A stretch of 64,000 nucleotides of DNA, from IMG/VR virus record IMGVR_UViG_3300000956_000002, positions 1 to 64,000 of that record, one strand, 5' to 3'. Every line of letters begins with the position of its first letter. The first letter of the stretch is position 1. This DNA comes from a virus. The position numbers and the translations under genes are program-made. Below the pieces are notes generated by a model. That model saw nothing but the letters and a program-made list of their open reading frames with translations, did not search any database and was not told the DNA's origin. Below are positions 47,309-57,200 of this stretch, one piece after another.

Positions 47309-48695
47309 AATACTTCAAGACGATCTCGAAACCGATTATCAAAAGTCGCTGGCCGTCATAGCGGCGGATAAGAAGGCGAGCGTCAAACATCTTCAGCAGC
47401 GGCTCAAGTTAAGTTACGGGCGAGCGGCGCAAATCATGGCCAAGCTGGAGCGGGATGGAATCCTGGCGCCACCGCAAAAAGGCCAGGCCCGTGAGATTTT
47501 GTTCGATAAAATCGATGCTTTACTGCTTTCGTCCGCGTCCCCATCCGAGGCTCCACGTGTTCTAGCCGACGATGGAAAAGTCAGCAATTCGACTCCACCT
47601 CAGGTTGATTCCCCTGAGGCACTGACAGGCGCGGACGCTTCTTTAGTGGGCGGGTGGCGGAATGGAGACGCAGCCCTAGAAAAGCGGGAGGGCACCCCTT
47701 CCGCAATCGCCGGAAACGAAACGGGTCGCTCCCAATGCGATACGGCGGTTGAAAAGGGGTCGCAATCAATTGCAGGTTCGAGTCCTGCCCTGTCCACCAA
47801 TCCTATCAAGTTGTGCGTCATCGCATACCTGCCGAAGCCCAGCGAAAAATTCCATACGCTGGCGTTCCTCGAAAACCTGAAGCGCAATCCGCCGGCCCAT
47901 GACCTCATCACGTTCAGCGATTGCCCGGATTTTGGTGAGTATGGGAAGCCGACGGTGCGACTGGATTTGGAAGGCAAAAAATCGATCGAGGAATACTTCC
48001 CTGACTTGAAGGAGAAGGTTCACGGATTCGCCAACATTGCTTTCTATCTGGCCTTTTGCATCGCATGGAAAAACGGCTTCTCCCATTTCTTGTATGCCGA
48101 GATGGATTGCAGGTTTAGGAACAGAGGCCCGGATGGTTCGGTCAAGTGGGACGAATTTCTCGTCGCTGAATTCCTCGACGCCCAGGACGAAAGGCCGGTC
48201 GAACTCGTCGTTGGCGGAACGATGATGGTGGATAATCCGTATCGATCTGACGCGGAGACAGCGCAACGAACGAAGGAGTTGCTGGCTAAGTGGAATCCGA
48301 ATCTTACCAGCCGTGCTCCGAAGGAACGCAATAAGCCGATTGCCTGTCGAGCGCAACGAGGCGTCAAAGACAACACTTCGATGGTTGGCTGCAATGGCGC
48401 GGGAGCCGTTTACTCGGTTGCTGGACTTCGGGCGCTCTTTCCGGAAATCAAAAACTTTTCTGGCGCGACAGGGACCATAGCGACGTTCGCGAAAAACGGT
48501 TTGCCGTTCGATTGGGAAATCGCAAAACGACTTTGGTCAAGATACAAGTCCGCGGCCTTCGATTATGTCGCTCACCTGCCTTCAGAGTTCAGTTCGTTTG
48601 GTGACTCTGTTTCAACTGAGGACGAGCGGATGGACATGCTTAGAACGGCAAAGTGCGTTCTAGTTCATCCCGTTAAATCCCGCATTATTGAATAA
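47301..48695 (+). CDS. FtsK-gamma winged-helix domain fused to GT-A-like glycosyltransferase domain
   Basis: ASVKHLQQRLKLSYGRAAQIMAKLERDGIL..REIL; C-domain YAEMDC, NGAGAVY, LVHPVK. Confidence 0.7.
   Translation: MPEILQDDLETDYQKSLAVIAADKKASVKHLQQRLKLSYGRAAQIMAKLERDGILAPPQKGQAREILFDKIDALLLSSASPSEAPRVLADDGKVSNSTPPQVDSPEALTGADASLVGGWRNGDAALEKREGTPSAIAGNETGRSQCDTAVEKGSQSIAGSSPALSTNPIKLCVIAYLPKPSEKFHTLAFLENLKRNPPAHDLITFSDCPDFGEYGKPTVRLDLEGKKSIEEYFPDLKEKVHGFANIAFYLAFCIAWKNGFSHFLYAEMDCRFRNRGPDGSVKWDEFLVAEFLDAQDERPVELVVGGTMMVDNPYRSDAETAQRTKELLAKWNPNLTSRAPKERNKPIACRAQRGVKDNTSMVGCNGAGAVYSVAGLRALFPEIKNFSGATGTIATFAKNGLPFDWEIAKRLWSRYKSAAFDYVAHLPSEFSSFGDSVSTEDERMDMLRTAKCVLVHPVKSRIIE
47648..47798 (+). ncRNA. 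tRNA-like structure with ~80-nt extra arm, inside a CDS
   Basis: GGGCGGG/CCTGTCC acceptor + ACCA; D-arm GCG-GAATGGAGA-CGC; T-arm GCAGG-TTCGAGT-CCTGC. Confidence 0.68.
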
Positions 48696-49486
48696 TGAGC
48701 AAAGGATACGTCAGCTACAGACCGGAAGGACGACTTGGCAACGCGCTCTACCAGGCAAGCGCTGCAATGGCGTATGCGTGGGACCACGGCATGGAGTTTT
48801 CGATGCCTACGACCAGCCGTGATCCTAAATGGTGTCCTACTTATCTGCCGCATTTGGCAAAGCCAGATTACGATCCGTCGCTGCCGGTGATCATGGTGGA
48901 GGAGCGCGGGTATCGGTTCCAAAAACTGCCGTGGGATGACCGCTGGAAAGATGGGCACAACATTGTGCTGAACGGATTTTTTCAAAGCCCGAAATACTGG
49001 CAGCATCATCGCGATCGGATTTTGGAGTCGTTTGGCTTCCAGTGGCGCAAAATGGAAATGTTTTGGTGTGCGGTGCATGTCCGTCGCGGCGATGCGCTTC
49101 GTTATCCAGAAAAACATTTGCTCCAAACGAAGGAATGGATCGAAGCGCAGATGCGAAAGTTTCCGCATTACAGCTTTCGATTTTTCTCAGACGACTACCC
49201 ATGGTGCCGCGAGCAATTCGGGCATCGCATCGACTGCTACTTCGATGATTTTCCGAGGTGCATGGAAGTCGCCGACGACCGTCCCGAAGTTCAAGACCTC
49301 GTTGACGCAGCGTGTTGTTCGCATTTGATCGGCAGTTCCTCGACGTTCGCGGCCTGGATTTATTTCTTAAATCGCAATCCCAACAAGCGCGCAATTTTCC
49401 CGAAGGAGTGGCTGAAAACCGGGTGGGAAGGAACGACACAGGAAACGTGGCGGGACGTGCTTCCAATGGAGGTCGAACGCGCATGA
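48695..49486 (+). CDS. GT11 alpha-1,2-fucosyltransferase-like
   Basis: GRLGN, GFFQS, AVHVRRGD, FSDD, SSTF..W. Confidence 0.88.
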   Translation: MSKGYVSYRPEGRLGNALYQASAAMAYAWDHGMEFSMPTTSRDPKWCPTYLPHLAKPDYDPSLPVIMVEERGYRFQKLPWDDRWKDGHNIVLNGFFQSPKYWQHHRDRILESFGFQWRKMEMFWCAVHVRRGDALRYPEKHLLQTKEWIEAQMRKFPHYSFRFFSDDYPWCREQFGHRIDCYFDDFPRCMEVADDRPEVQDLVDAACCSHLIGSSSTFAAWIYFLNRNPNKRAIFPKEWLKTGWEGTTQETWRDVLPMEVERA

Positions 49487-49598
49487 AATCCAAACCGCAA
49501 AAACGCTGCCACGGCTCGCGCCAAAAACATTCGTTCATCGATGGCATTTGCGAATGGTGTGGCACGACGCGCAAAGAGGCGCGGAAGAGTAGTCGTAA

Positions 49599-50270
49599 AT
49601 GAAAATTGATCCTGAACAGTTAGTTGAAGCAGGCCAAATGCTCATTGGTTTGGGCAGGCATATTCAGAGGACGTTTCCCGTCCCGAATGCGGTCGGATCT
49701 CAGTATGGCGAATTTGAAGTCCTGCGGAAATTGCTGCCCCACGACAACGGAATTTACGTCGATGTGGGCGCTAGCTGGCCTAAAGATTGTTCGAACACCT
49801 GGCAGTTTTATGAAATCGGCTGGCGAGGATTATTGGTTGAACCTTTGCCGGATTGTTGGCCGGCGATTCTGCATCAACGTCCGGAGGATTACCTCTGCAC
49901 GACCGCGGCCTCGGACAAAGATGGGTTTGCAACTTTGCATCGTTGCCGGTCGGTAAGTTCACTCGATTCAACTTGGCGCAACGATAACGACGGGTCGATG
50001 CCGGTGATGACGGAACGGCTGGAGACGATTCTGAAGCGCTATAAGGAGGTCGATTGGACCAAGACCGATTTGCTGTCGATCGATGTCGAAGGCCACGAAT
50101 GGGAGGTTCTGAACGGGATTGATTGGGGCACCTTCACGCCAAAGGTGATTATCGTGGAATATGCCGATCAAAACGGAAAAGACATTTCCGCAGAGTGGCA
50201 TCCCATTTTGATGAACCGCTACACCGTTCACGCGGAGAATCGGCTGAATAGGATTTACGTGAGAAAATGA
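49599..50270 (+). CDS. FkbM-family methyltransferase
   Basis: YVDVGA, GWRGLLVEP, LLSIDVEGHE. Confidence 0.88.
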   Translation: MKIDPEQLVEAGQMLIGLGRHIQRTFPVPNAVGSQYGEFEVLRKLLPHDNGIYVDVGASWPKDCSNTWQFYEIGWRGLLVEPLPDCWPAILHQRPEDYLCTTAASDKDGFATLHRCRSVSSLDSTWRNDNDGSMPVMTERLETILKRYKEVDWTKTDLLSIDVEGHEWEVLNGIDWGTFTPKVIIVEYADQNGKDISAEWHPILMNRYTVHAENRLNRIYVRK

Positions 50271-51055
50271 GCGACCTCATCGTAGCTTTTTGTCCGACGT
50301 TCAGCCGCGCGCACTTACTCGCGCGCGCGATCGCTGCATGGGAGGCGCAAACTTATTCCGACCGCCTGTTGATTTGTGTGGATGACTCCGGCCAGTTGGA
50401 CTCGCAAAAGAGCGATCAAGGAAAATGGGAAATCGTGTCGTTGCCGCGGCGCTGTCGAAGTCTGTCGGAGAAAAACAATCTCTGCATTTCGCTCGCGCCG
50501 GCAGGAGCCAAAAAGTTCATGAAGTTTGACGACGACGACCTGGCTTATCCGTGGGCGTGTGAAGCGGCCGCTGAAGCGCTCGATCGCGGGATGATTTGCC
50601 AGCCAAGGTTCGCGATCGATTACGTCGAGAACGAATGGGTGATCACGCCGACTCATTCCCATTCACCAAAGAAGTGCAGCCTCGAAGCGTCGTTCGCGTA
50701 CCACGGAACTTGGTCATTTACCGAAGAGTTCTACTTGAAGATGCGCGGATACGCTCCGATGCTCTATGCTGGCGACGATGGCGAACTCGATAAGCGCCGG
50801 CGCGAGATGAAGATTCGCTCTGTCGGTTTGGATAAGCGATACCCGCCTTACTACAAATATTTCGCCATGTATCACCGGGCGCATCCTGAAGCGTTGCTTG
50901 GTTCACCTGGGCCAATAAGTCAGCGCGGGCCTTCGATGGAAGCCTACATCAACACTCCACGCGCGCCTTACATCGGTCGTTTGCCAGAATATAAAGGGCC
51001 GCCCATTTGGCTCGATCCGCTGCCGACTAAAACTTTGGAACGGAGGAGATGGTGA
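50267..51055 (+). CDS. GT2-like glycosyltransferase
   Basis: CPTFSR..L, QTY, VDDS, FDDDD, GDD. Confidence 0.82.
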   Translation: MSDLIVAFCPTFSRAHLLARAIAAWEAQTYSDRLLICVDDSGQLDSQKSDQGKWEIVSLPRRCRSLSEKNNLCISLAPAGAKKFMKFDDDDLAYPWACEAAAEALDRGMICQPRFAIDYVENEWVITPTHSHSPKKCSLEASFAYHGTWSFTEEFYLKMRGYAPMLYAGDDGELDKRRREMKIRSVGLDKRYPPYYKYFAMYHRAHPEALLGSPGPISQRGPSMEAYINTPRAPYIGRLPEYKGPPIWLDPLPTKTLERRRW

Positions 51056-51059
51056 ATTT

Positions 51060-51629
51060 ATGAAACAAATCTCAAATCGCAACCAACTGGCCGAACTCTT
51101 GATCGAACTTGGGCTCACCGGAGAAGCGGCATTTATCGGCTGTGCGGAGTGCTATTACGAAAGTTATTTCGCCGAACGCTGGCCGGGTCACGCAAATTGG
51201 ATCGATCCCTGGCGTGTGCTGAATACTCCCGGATTTTCAGGACATGGCGAGGACACAGATAAAGGACAAGAGGAACGCTATCACCGTATTCTCGCCAAGG
51301 CGCAGAAGTTCAACGGGCGCGTTAAAGTCATTCGGGCGACCAGTGAAGAAGCGGCGCCGAGGTTTGGGAATGGCACGCTCGATTTCGTCTATATCGACGC
51401 CGATCACTCGCTGGATGCGGCTCGGCAGGATATTGCGTTGTGGGCGCCGAAGGTGAAACGCGGTGGTATCCTGGCGGGTCATGATTACCTCGAAGGGATG
51501 CACAACGGCCAACTCTACGGCGTGAAGCAAGCCGTCGCGGAGTTCGCCGCGAAAAGCAATCTCTCGGTCAACGTGACTCAGGAATCCGATTGGCCAAGCT
51601 GGTGGCTGCGGAGGGAGCCAGCACGATGA
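51060..51629 (+). CDS. class I SAM methyltransferase (Methyltransf_24-like)
   Basis: IDPW, LDFVYIDADH, W..VK.GGILAGHDY, GVKQAV. Confidence 0.85.
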   Translation: MKQISNRNQLAELLIELGLTGEAAFIGCAECYYESYFAERWPGHANWIDPWRVLNTPGFSGHGEDTDKGQEERYHRILAKAQKFNGRVKVIRATSEEAAPRFGNGTLDFVYIDADHSLDAARQDIALWAPKVKRGGILAGHDYLEGMHNGQLYGVKQAVAEFAAKSNLSVNVTQESDWPSWWLRREPAR

Positions 51630-52315
51630 ACGCACTTATCACGCTCGCGACCTCGGAGGTATCAGCCATCGCAAAACCATTCATCGAGAACCAACGCGCG
51701 TACGCCGACCGATGGGGATATGAATTCATTTGCTACCCGCAGAGGTATATCGATTGGGAACATCTCCACCCGTCGTTTTCCAAGGTGCCGCTTATCGACA
51801 GGGCGCTGAAGGCGGATTTTGAATATATCGTGTTCGCCGACGCTGATGTGGCGTTCACGAATTTCCAAAAGGATATTTCGGATATTTTGCGCACGAGGTT
51901 GGCAGAACGTCCCGAGCTTTGGTTGGCTGGAAAAGAGCAGCGTAACTGGATTACCTGGAAATATATTTGCAATGGTCTGCTGGTTATTCGCAACACGCCA
52001 GACGCGCGCGCGTTCATGGATAAGTGGATCGATTATTGCCTCAACGGAACGCCGAACATTGAACCCGGCAAGCGCGTGATGATGCGCGATCATCCCTGGG
52101 AGCAATTCCCATTTGATCAGTTGATTCGCGAGACGCAGTACCACGGGGCATACGCTGCGCTGTCGGCGGAGATCGGCGGGTTCTGTCCTGAAATCTGGAC
52201 AGACGGCGATGAGTGGAAGCCGGGGCATTTGACGATGCACTTCGCTGGGCCTGCAACCTTCGAACGTCGCGCCCAGGTTTTCAAAGAGAAATATCAACCA
52301 CTGATCGTTTATTGA
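51626..52315 (+). CDS. GT34/GMA12-MNN10-like glycosyltransferase
   Basis: YA..WGY, FSKV, DAD, NG...IRN, WEQ, HFAG. Confidence 0.75.
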   Translation: MNALITLATSEVSAIAKPFIENQRAYADRWGYEFICYPQRYIDWEHLHPSFSKVPLIDRALKADFEYIVFADADVAFTNFQKDISDILRTRLAERPELWLAGKEQRNWITWKYICNGLLVIRNTPDARAFMDKWIDYCLNGTPNIEPGKRVMMRDHPWEQFPFDQLIRETQYHGAYAALSAEIGGFCPEIWTDGDEWKPGHLTMHFAGPATFERRAQVFKEKYQPLIVY

Positions 52316-52316
52316 T

Positions 52317-52970
52317 ATGCTAACTTCCTTCGACGATCTCTTCACGCGATATTCCGTCCGCCCGAACGGAATCCTTCACCTTGGCGCTTCGGACGATGGG
52401 CGCGAATTGCCGCATTATGCGAAGGCGTGTCCCGGCGGCCCCATTCTACTCGTCGAGGCCCTGCCTAAAGTCTGCGCGCGACTGGAGAAGAAGCTGACGC
52501 ATCCTAACATGCGAGCAATTTGCGCGTGCGTCAGTGATAAGGATGGCGAGGAGCGTGATTTTCACGTGGCCAACAACGCGGGCCAGAGCAGTTCTTTACT
52601 GTCGTTTGGAACCCACACTGTTGAGCATCCCAGCGTCCAATTCATCGGCGACACAAAGCTTGTTACGACTCGCGTCGATACGTTGCTAGCGAAAGAACTC
52701 GCGGTGATGGCGCAACGTCCGTGGTTCGGAAACATCGATCTTCAGGGGGCCGAGTTGATGGCGCTTCGGGGGTTCGGACCATTTCTCGAAGCATTCTCAT
52801 GGCTCTATATCGAAGTGAACAAACGCCCACTCTACCAGGGAGCGCCGATGATTGGCGAACTGGATGCGTTTTTAGCACCGCACGGATTTAATCGCCGAGA
52901 GACTTGGTGGTTTCAGCATTCGAACGGGCAGGAAGCCGGATGGGGGGATGCTATCTGGACACGGAGGTGA
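52317..52970 (+). CDS. FkbM-family methyltransferase
   Basis: LHLGA, QSSSLL, NIDLQGAEL, IEVN..LY, WGDA. Confidence 0.88.
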   Translation: MLTSFDDLFTRYSVRPNGILHLGASDDGRELPHYAKACPGGPILLVEALPKVCARLEKKLTHPNMRAICACVSDKDGEERDFHVANNAGQSSSLLSFGTHTVEHPSVQFIGDTKLVTTRVDTLLAKELAVMAQRPWFGNIDLQGAELMALRGFGPFLEAFSWLYIEVNKRPLYQGAPMIGELDAFLAPHGFNRRETWWFQHSNGQEAGWGDAIWTRR

Positions 52971-52971
52971 G

Positions 52972-53310
52972 ATGAGAAAACGTCAGGACATCAGGAAAGT
53001 GAAGTGGATAATCGTTCCATGGAATAATTCTGTGCGCGAGCTTCTTTACTACTGGCAAGTCGATCCTGATGGTCGAGGCTATTGGTATCATCTTTGGTGG
53101 GATCGCCGAACATTTTATTGGCTGGCCAAAAAGCACAAGGCTCATGCGGAAGTGGTGTGTGATTTGTGGTTCTCATTCTCCGGCGCAATCGTTCGAAAAC
53201 CACGCCTGCACCGTGCGATTCTCTCGAAATACTGGCGGCGCTGCATTCTGGCGAAGATTCCGAGGGTTGGTTTGTTCCACAAATGTCCCCATTGCAAAGG
53301 AGAGTTTTGA
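52972..53310 (+). CDS. hypothetical protein
   Basis: GGAGG upstream, C-terminal CPHC. Confidence 0.5.
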   Translation: MRKRQDIRKVKWIIVPWNNSVRELLYYWQVDPDGRGYWYHLWWDRRTFYWLAKKHKAHAEVVCDLWFSFSGAIVRKPRLHRAILSKYWRRCILAKIPRVGLFHKCPHCKGEF

Positions 53311-53313
53311 TTT

Positions 53314-53724
53314 ATGGCCAATCGCAAACGCACACGCAAACTTAAGAACACCGAAATCAAAAACAATCTGCGTGCTTTTTCCGACGCGCATAAGAAGCAC
53401 AAGCGGGAACGCGAAGAGGCGGAGATGAAGGAGCAGCTTGGCCGCGCGCGATTGCTGTACGACGAATTCAAGCGGGCAATGACGGAATCTGGTCCGGCGA
53501 AAACGTGGGATGAGATTTTAGTGGCGCTGGAGGCGTTGAAGGACGCGATCAAAAAGGTGTGCAAGAACAAGTTCGTCCGGAACGCAATGATGCGCGAGGT
53601 CAACCTTGCGGAGCATAGATTTCTCACGGTGTATGGACCGAAGTCCAAAACCGAATTGAAAACGCGAATGAAAATGCCGCATCGCGATGACGTGGATGGC
53701 GGTGGTGATCCGAGGAACAATTGA
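53314..53724 (+). CDS. hypothetical basic helical protein
   Basis: Coupled ORF. Confidence 0.55.
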   Translation: MANRKRTRKLKNTEIKNNLRAFSDAHKKHKREREEAEMKEQLGRARLLYDEFKRAMTESGPAKTWDEILVALEALKDAIKKVCKNKFVRNAMMREVNLAEHRFLTVYGPKSKTELKTRMKMPHRDDVDGGGDPRNN

Positions 53725-54242
53725 TGGACGAATTGGTTCTAACTCCAGATCCGCCGCCAGTTCATCGACAGGCATTTGCTGGATTGACCGAAGGAAAAGA
53801 TGAATGGCTTACCCCCCCCCATATCATCAAATCGCTGGGCGAGTTTGACCTCGATCCATGTTCGCCGATCGAACGCCCATGGCCGACGGCGAAACAGCAT
53901 TATCATCGGCTCGACAACGGACTAATGAAAGAATGGGCCGGTCGGGTTTGGATGAATCCTCCGTACGGTCCGGAGACTTCAAAATGGATGTCGCGACTCG
54001 CGGCTCATGGAAATGGGATTGCGTTTATCTTCGCTCGAACTGAGACCGAGACTTTCTTTAAACACGTGTGGCCAGTCGCAAATGCCATCCTGTTCCTAAA
54101 AGGGCGTGTCCGTTTCCATCACGTTAGTGGTCGTGCCGCCGATGCCGCTGGTGCGCCGTCGTGCCTCATCGCTTACGGGAATGAGAACGTCGAGGCGTTG
54201 GGAAAATCCGGAATTCCCGGAAAACTTCTCAGGATTCAATAA
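53724..54242 (+). CDS. phage DNA N6-adenine methyltransferase (Dam-like)
   Basis: DEWLTPP, FDLDPC, WMNPPY, FARTET, GRVRF. Confidence 0.88.
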   Translation: MDELVLTPDPPPVHRQAFAGLTEGKDEWLTPPHIIKSLGEFDLDPCSPIERPWPTAKQHYHRLDNGLMKEWAGRVWMNPPYGPETSKWMSRLAAHGNGIAFIFARTETETFFKHVWPVANAILFLKGRVRFHHVSGRAADAAGAPSCLIAYGNENVEALGKSGIPGKLLRIQ

Positions 54243-57200
54243 CGCGCCATCCCCCGCCCGACGCGCGAAAGACTCGGCGCTCTGAGACTGACGCGATTGG
54301 TATTCTGATCGCGCTGCCGAACTCCAATCATGGCGCCAGCTTGCGCCCAATTCTGCTGGGCCTGCTGGATTTCAGTAGCGAGATTGGCTCCGGGTTGAGC
54401 GGCGGCGCGGCGCATCATTTCAGCGCGCTCGATGGGGGTCATTCGGCGGGTCAGTGCGCGCGTTTCCGGATTGCGCGAGCGCCAGTAATTTTGCACGGCT
54501 CTCACCGGATCCTTATTGCCCATGCGCAAGTTGGCCTGGACGGCTTCGCGTGCGGCGCGTTGGAATCCGGCGCGATCGCCCCGGAAAGCTGCGTTATCCA
54601 TCTTCTGCTTCCACGGGGTAGATTCGTCAATGCCGCGGGCGACAGCGCCTTTATAGGCTGGACGAATGAGATCAGGCGTCGCGAATCGTTTGATGTCGGC
54701 GACGGCGTTGGCGCCGGCGCGTCGGCCTTCCTGAGAGTCGAGGCGATTGATGACGATCTTGGAATCCGGGATGAATTTGGCAGCCATGTCAGGCAGACCG
54801 AACATGGGATCACCGCTGGCGACCATTCCGTGAATCCAAGATGCGATGGACTTGCCCGCTTCCCAAACGGCGAGGGTGGGTTCAAAGCTGGCGCGCGCCG
54901 GGGTGTTGGCCGGGATGAGGAGGTTGCCGAGGATTCCCAACAGCGGCACGCTTTCGAGCCCCAGGCGGGCAACACCGGCGGCGCCGCGGCCAAGCGACTG
55001 TTCCTCCCATGGCAGGCGGTTTTGCGATTCCTGATTGTAGAGCGCCCGGCGGAGCATGCGGGCCACGAGTTCGTCCTGAAGTTGGCCGCCGGCGCCGGTC
55101 ATGGCCAGAGCCAACCCAGCGAGGGCCATGGAGCGCGCCCACAGTTTCATCTTGCCGGTTTCGGTGTTGGTCGGGACCGCCATGGATTCCTCCCAATCAG
55201 CGAAGGAGCGAAGTGACCAGCCGTAGAGCGGCCGGACCATGTTGGACAGGAACGAGCCGTCCTTGAACTTCAACGGCGAGTTCGAGAACGATGCGCGGTT
55301 CATCTTGTTGATGAGGGTTTCGGTCAAAGCCTGGCGATTCTCGGTCGTCAGGAATTGGGCCGACTGCGGGTTGGACTGGAGTTCAGCCATGAAGGCGGCG
55401 GCGCGCTCGTCGAAGCTCATGCCCGCCATTTGATACGTGCGGCGGACTTGAGACAAAGTTTGTTCACTCAAGCCGAGTTCCTTCGGGCTCAGGCGATTGA
55501 CTGGATCGGCTGGGTCCTGAAGGTTGAACGTCCGAGGTAATCCGCCACGCATCCAGTTGGTATAGAGTTTCTTCAGAGAATCCTGCATGCCCTGGACTGG
55601 ACCCCACTGCGAATTGACGGCATTCCACATGGCGCCGTTGATGGCCGCGTCACCCATGGTCGGGAACCCGGCGTTGGCCAGGGCGAGAAGAGTGGCCTCG
55701 AACAGCCCGGCGGCGTATCCCCCAACCTTGGCGGCGCCTTCGAACTCATTGGCTGGGATGCCGCCGCGGTAGAGGATGGAGCCGAGGATTTGATTGTCGA
55801 ACTGCGCAACTTTATCCGGAAGTTGATACATGCCAGCGGCTTCGAGTTCGCGAACCGATTGCAGCCGGCGGGGGACGTTGACGGACAGTTCGCGGATGAC
55901 ATCGCGCAAGGCGGACAGGTAAGCCTCGCGGGCGTTACCTTTGAGGAGTTGTGGGACACCGCGGGCCATGCCGCGCAGTAGGTAGCCGAACGACTTCGGG
56001 ACCCCGACGAAGGCGAAACTGGCGAGGATTTTAGCCGCTTCCGCCTTGGTGAACAGCATCGAGCGCAGGGTGGTGTTGAACTCGTCCATGCCGGCGGCGC
56101 GCAACTGGCGTCCGAGGAAGATCGACGACACGTTTTTCATCGTCGTCACGATGTTTCCGATGAGCGAACCGACGAGCGCGCCAGCCCCGCGGTTGAACAG
56201 GGTGTTGAAATCCGAGTTCGACACCGACGGATTCTGTAAATCGTTCAGAACACCTTGGATGCGTGCGCGACGGTCCTTTAAGTTCTGCCAGTTATCGAAG
56301 GTTTGGCCGCGGCGCCGTTCCACTTCTTTGAGGGCAATGGCCGACTGTTTGGCGTTGGGTTTGCCAAGGCGTTCGAGTTCCTTAGCCTTAGCGCTGAGAT
56401 CGGATTCCTGGCGTTCGAGGTCTTTATCGATGGCCTGAAGGGTGGCGACGACGCGATCGACGGCCACGCTCTGCATGCCGGCGGCGTGGTTGGACACGTC
56501 ATCGGTGGTGGTGAAGCCGGTGCGATAGAACGTCCATGGCGCGAGGGCATCGCCGCGGGCCTGGGTGAAGCTGTTCTTGGCGTCACCGGATTTGCCACCC
56601 TGCTCGGCGGCCGCGACCTTTTCCTGCACGGCGTTGGACCAGTTGGATACGATGCGACCGAACTCCTCGAGTACGATTTCTTTGGCTTGGTCTGGCGGGA
56701 TGGTACTCGAGCTTGCGAGTTCGTTGGCCAAGGCATCGATCGTCGGGATGACGTTCGGGTTGGCCTTCATCATGTTGGCTGCGACCTCGAAAGCGCCGCC
56801 CTTGCCGTCAAAAATGGTGCGCTTCGCGAATTCCGGGTTGCGATCAATCAAAAGGCTGGCGCCGACCTGTGGCCAGAGTTGGTTCAAGGCAGCTTCAATG
56901 GCGGCCGGGTCGCCGGCTTTGACCGCATCGGAGACGGCTTTGGCTTGGGCAGCCAGCGAATAATCAAACATCCGCGGCACCAGATACGGGCTCGTCCGGA
57001 GGGCTGACCGGTAGTTCGAGGTCTTTTTGAGCCCGCGGGCGTCCTTGGTGATCTGTTCGTCGAACTTGGCGGCGAGATTGAGGGCGTCGAACCCGGCCTT
57101 GGATTGGGCCTCCAGATGCGCCATATCCTCGCGGGTGACGACTTCACCGGAAGAGAGGGTGTCGCCGACGTTGTAGCCGCCCTGTTGACGTTGCCATGAG

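Noticed and set aside
47301-47520. ftsK gene or pseudogene
   Set aside because: Only the gamma domain is present, at the N-terminus, with no motor remnants
47648-47798. tmRNA or functional decoding tRNA
   Set aside because: Only 151 nt, no tag-like ORF ending in AA-stop, and no 7-nt anticodon loop with U33
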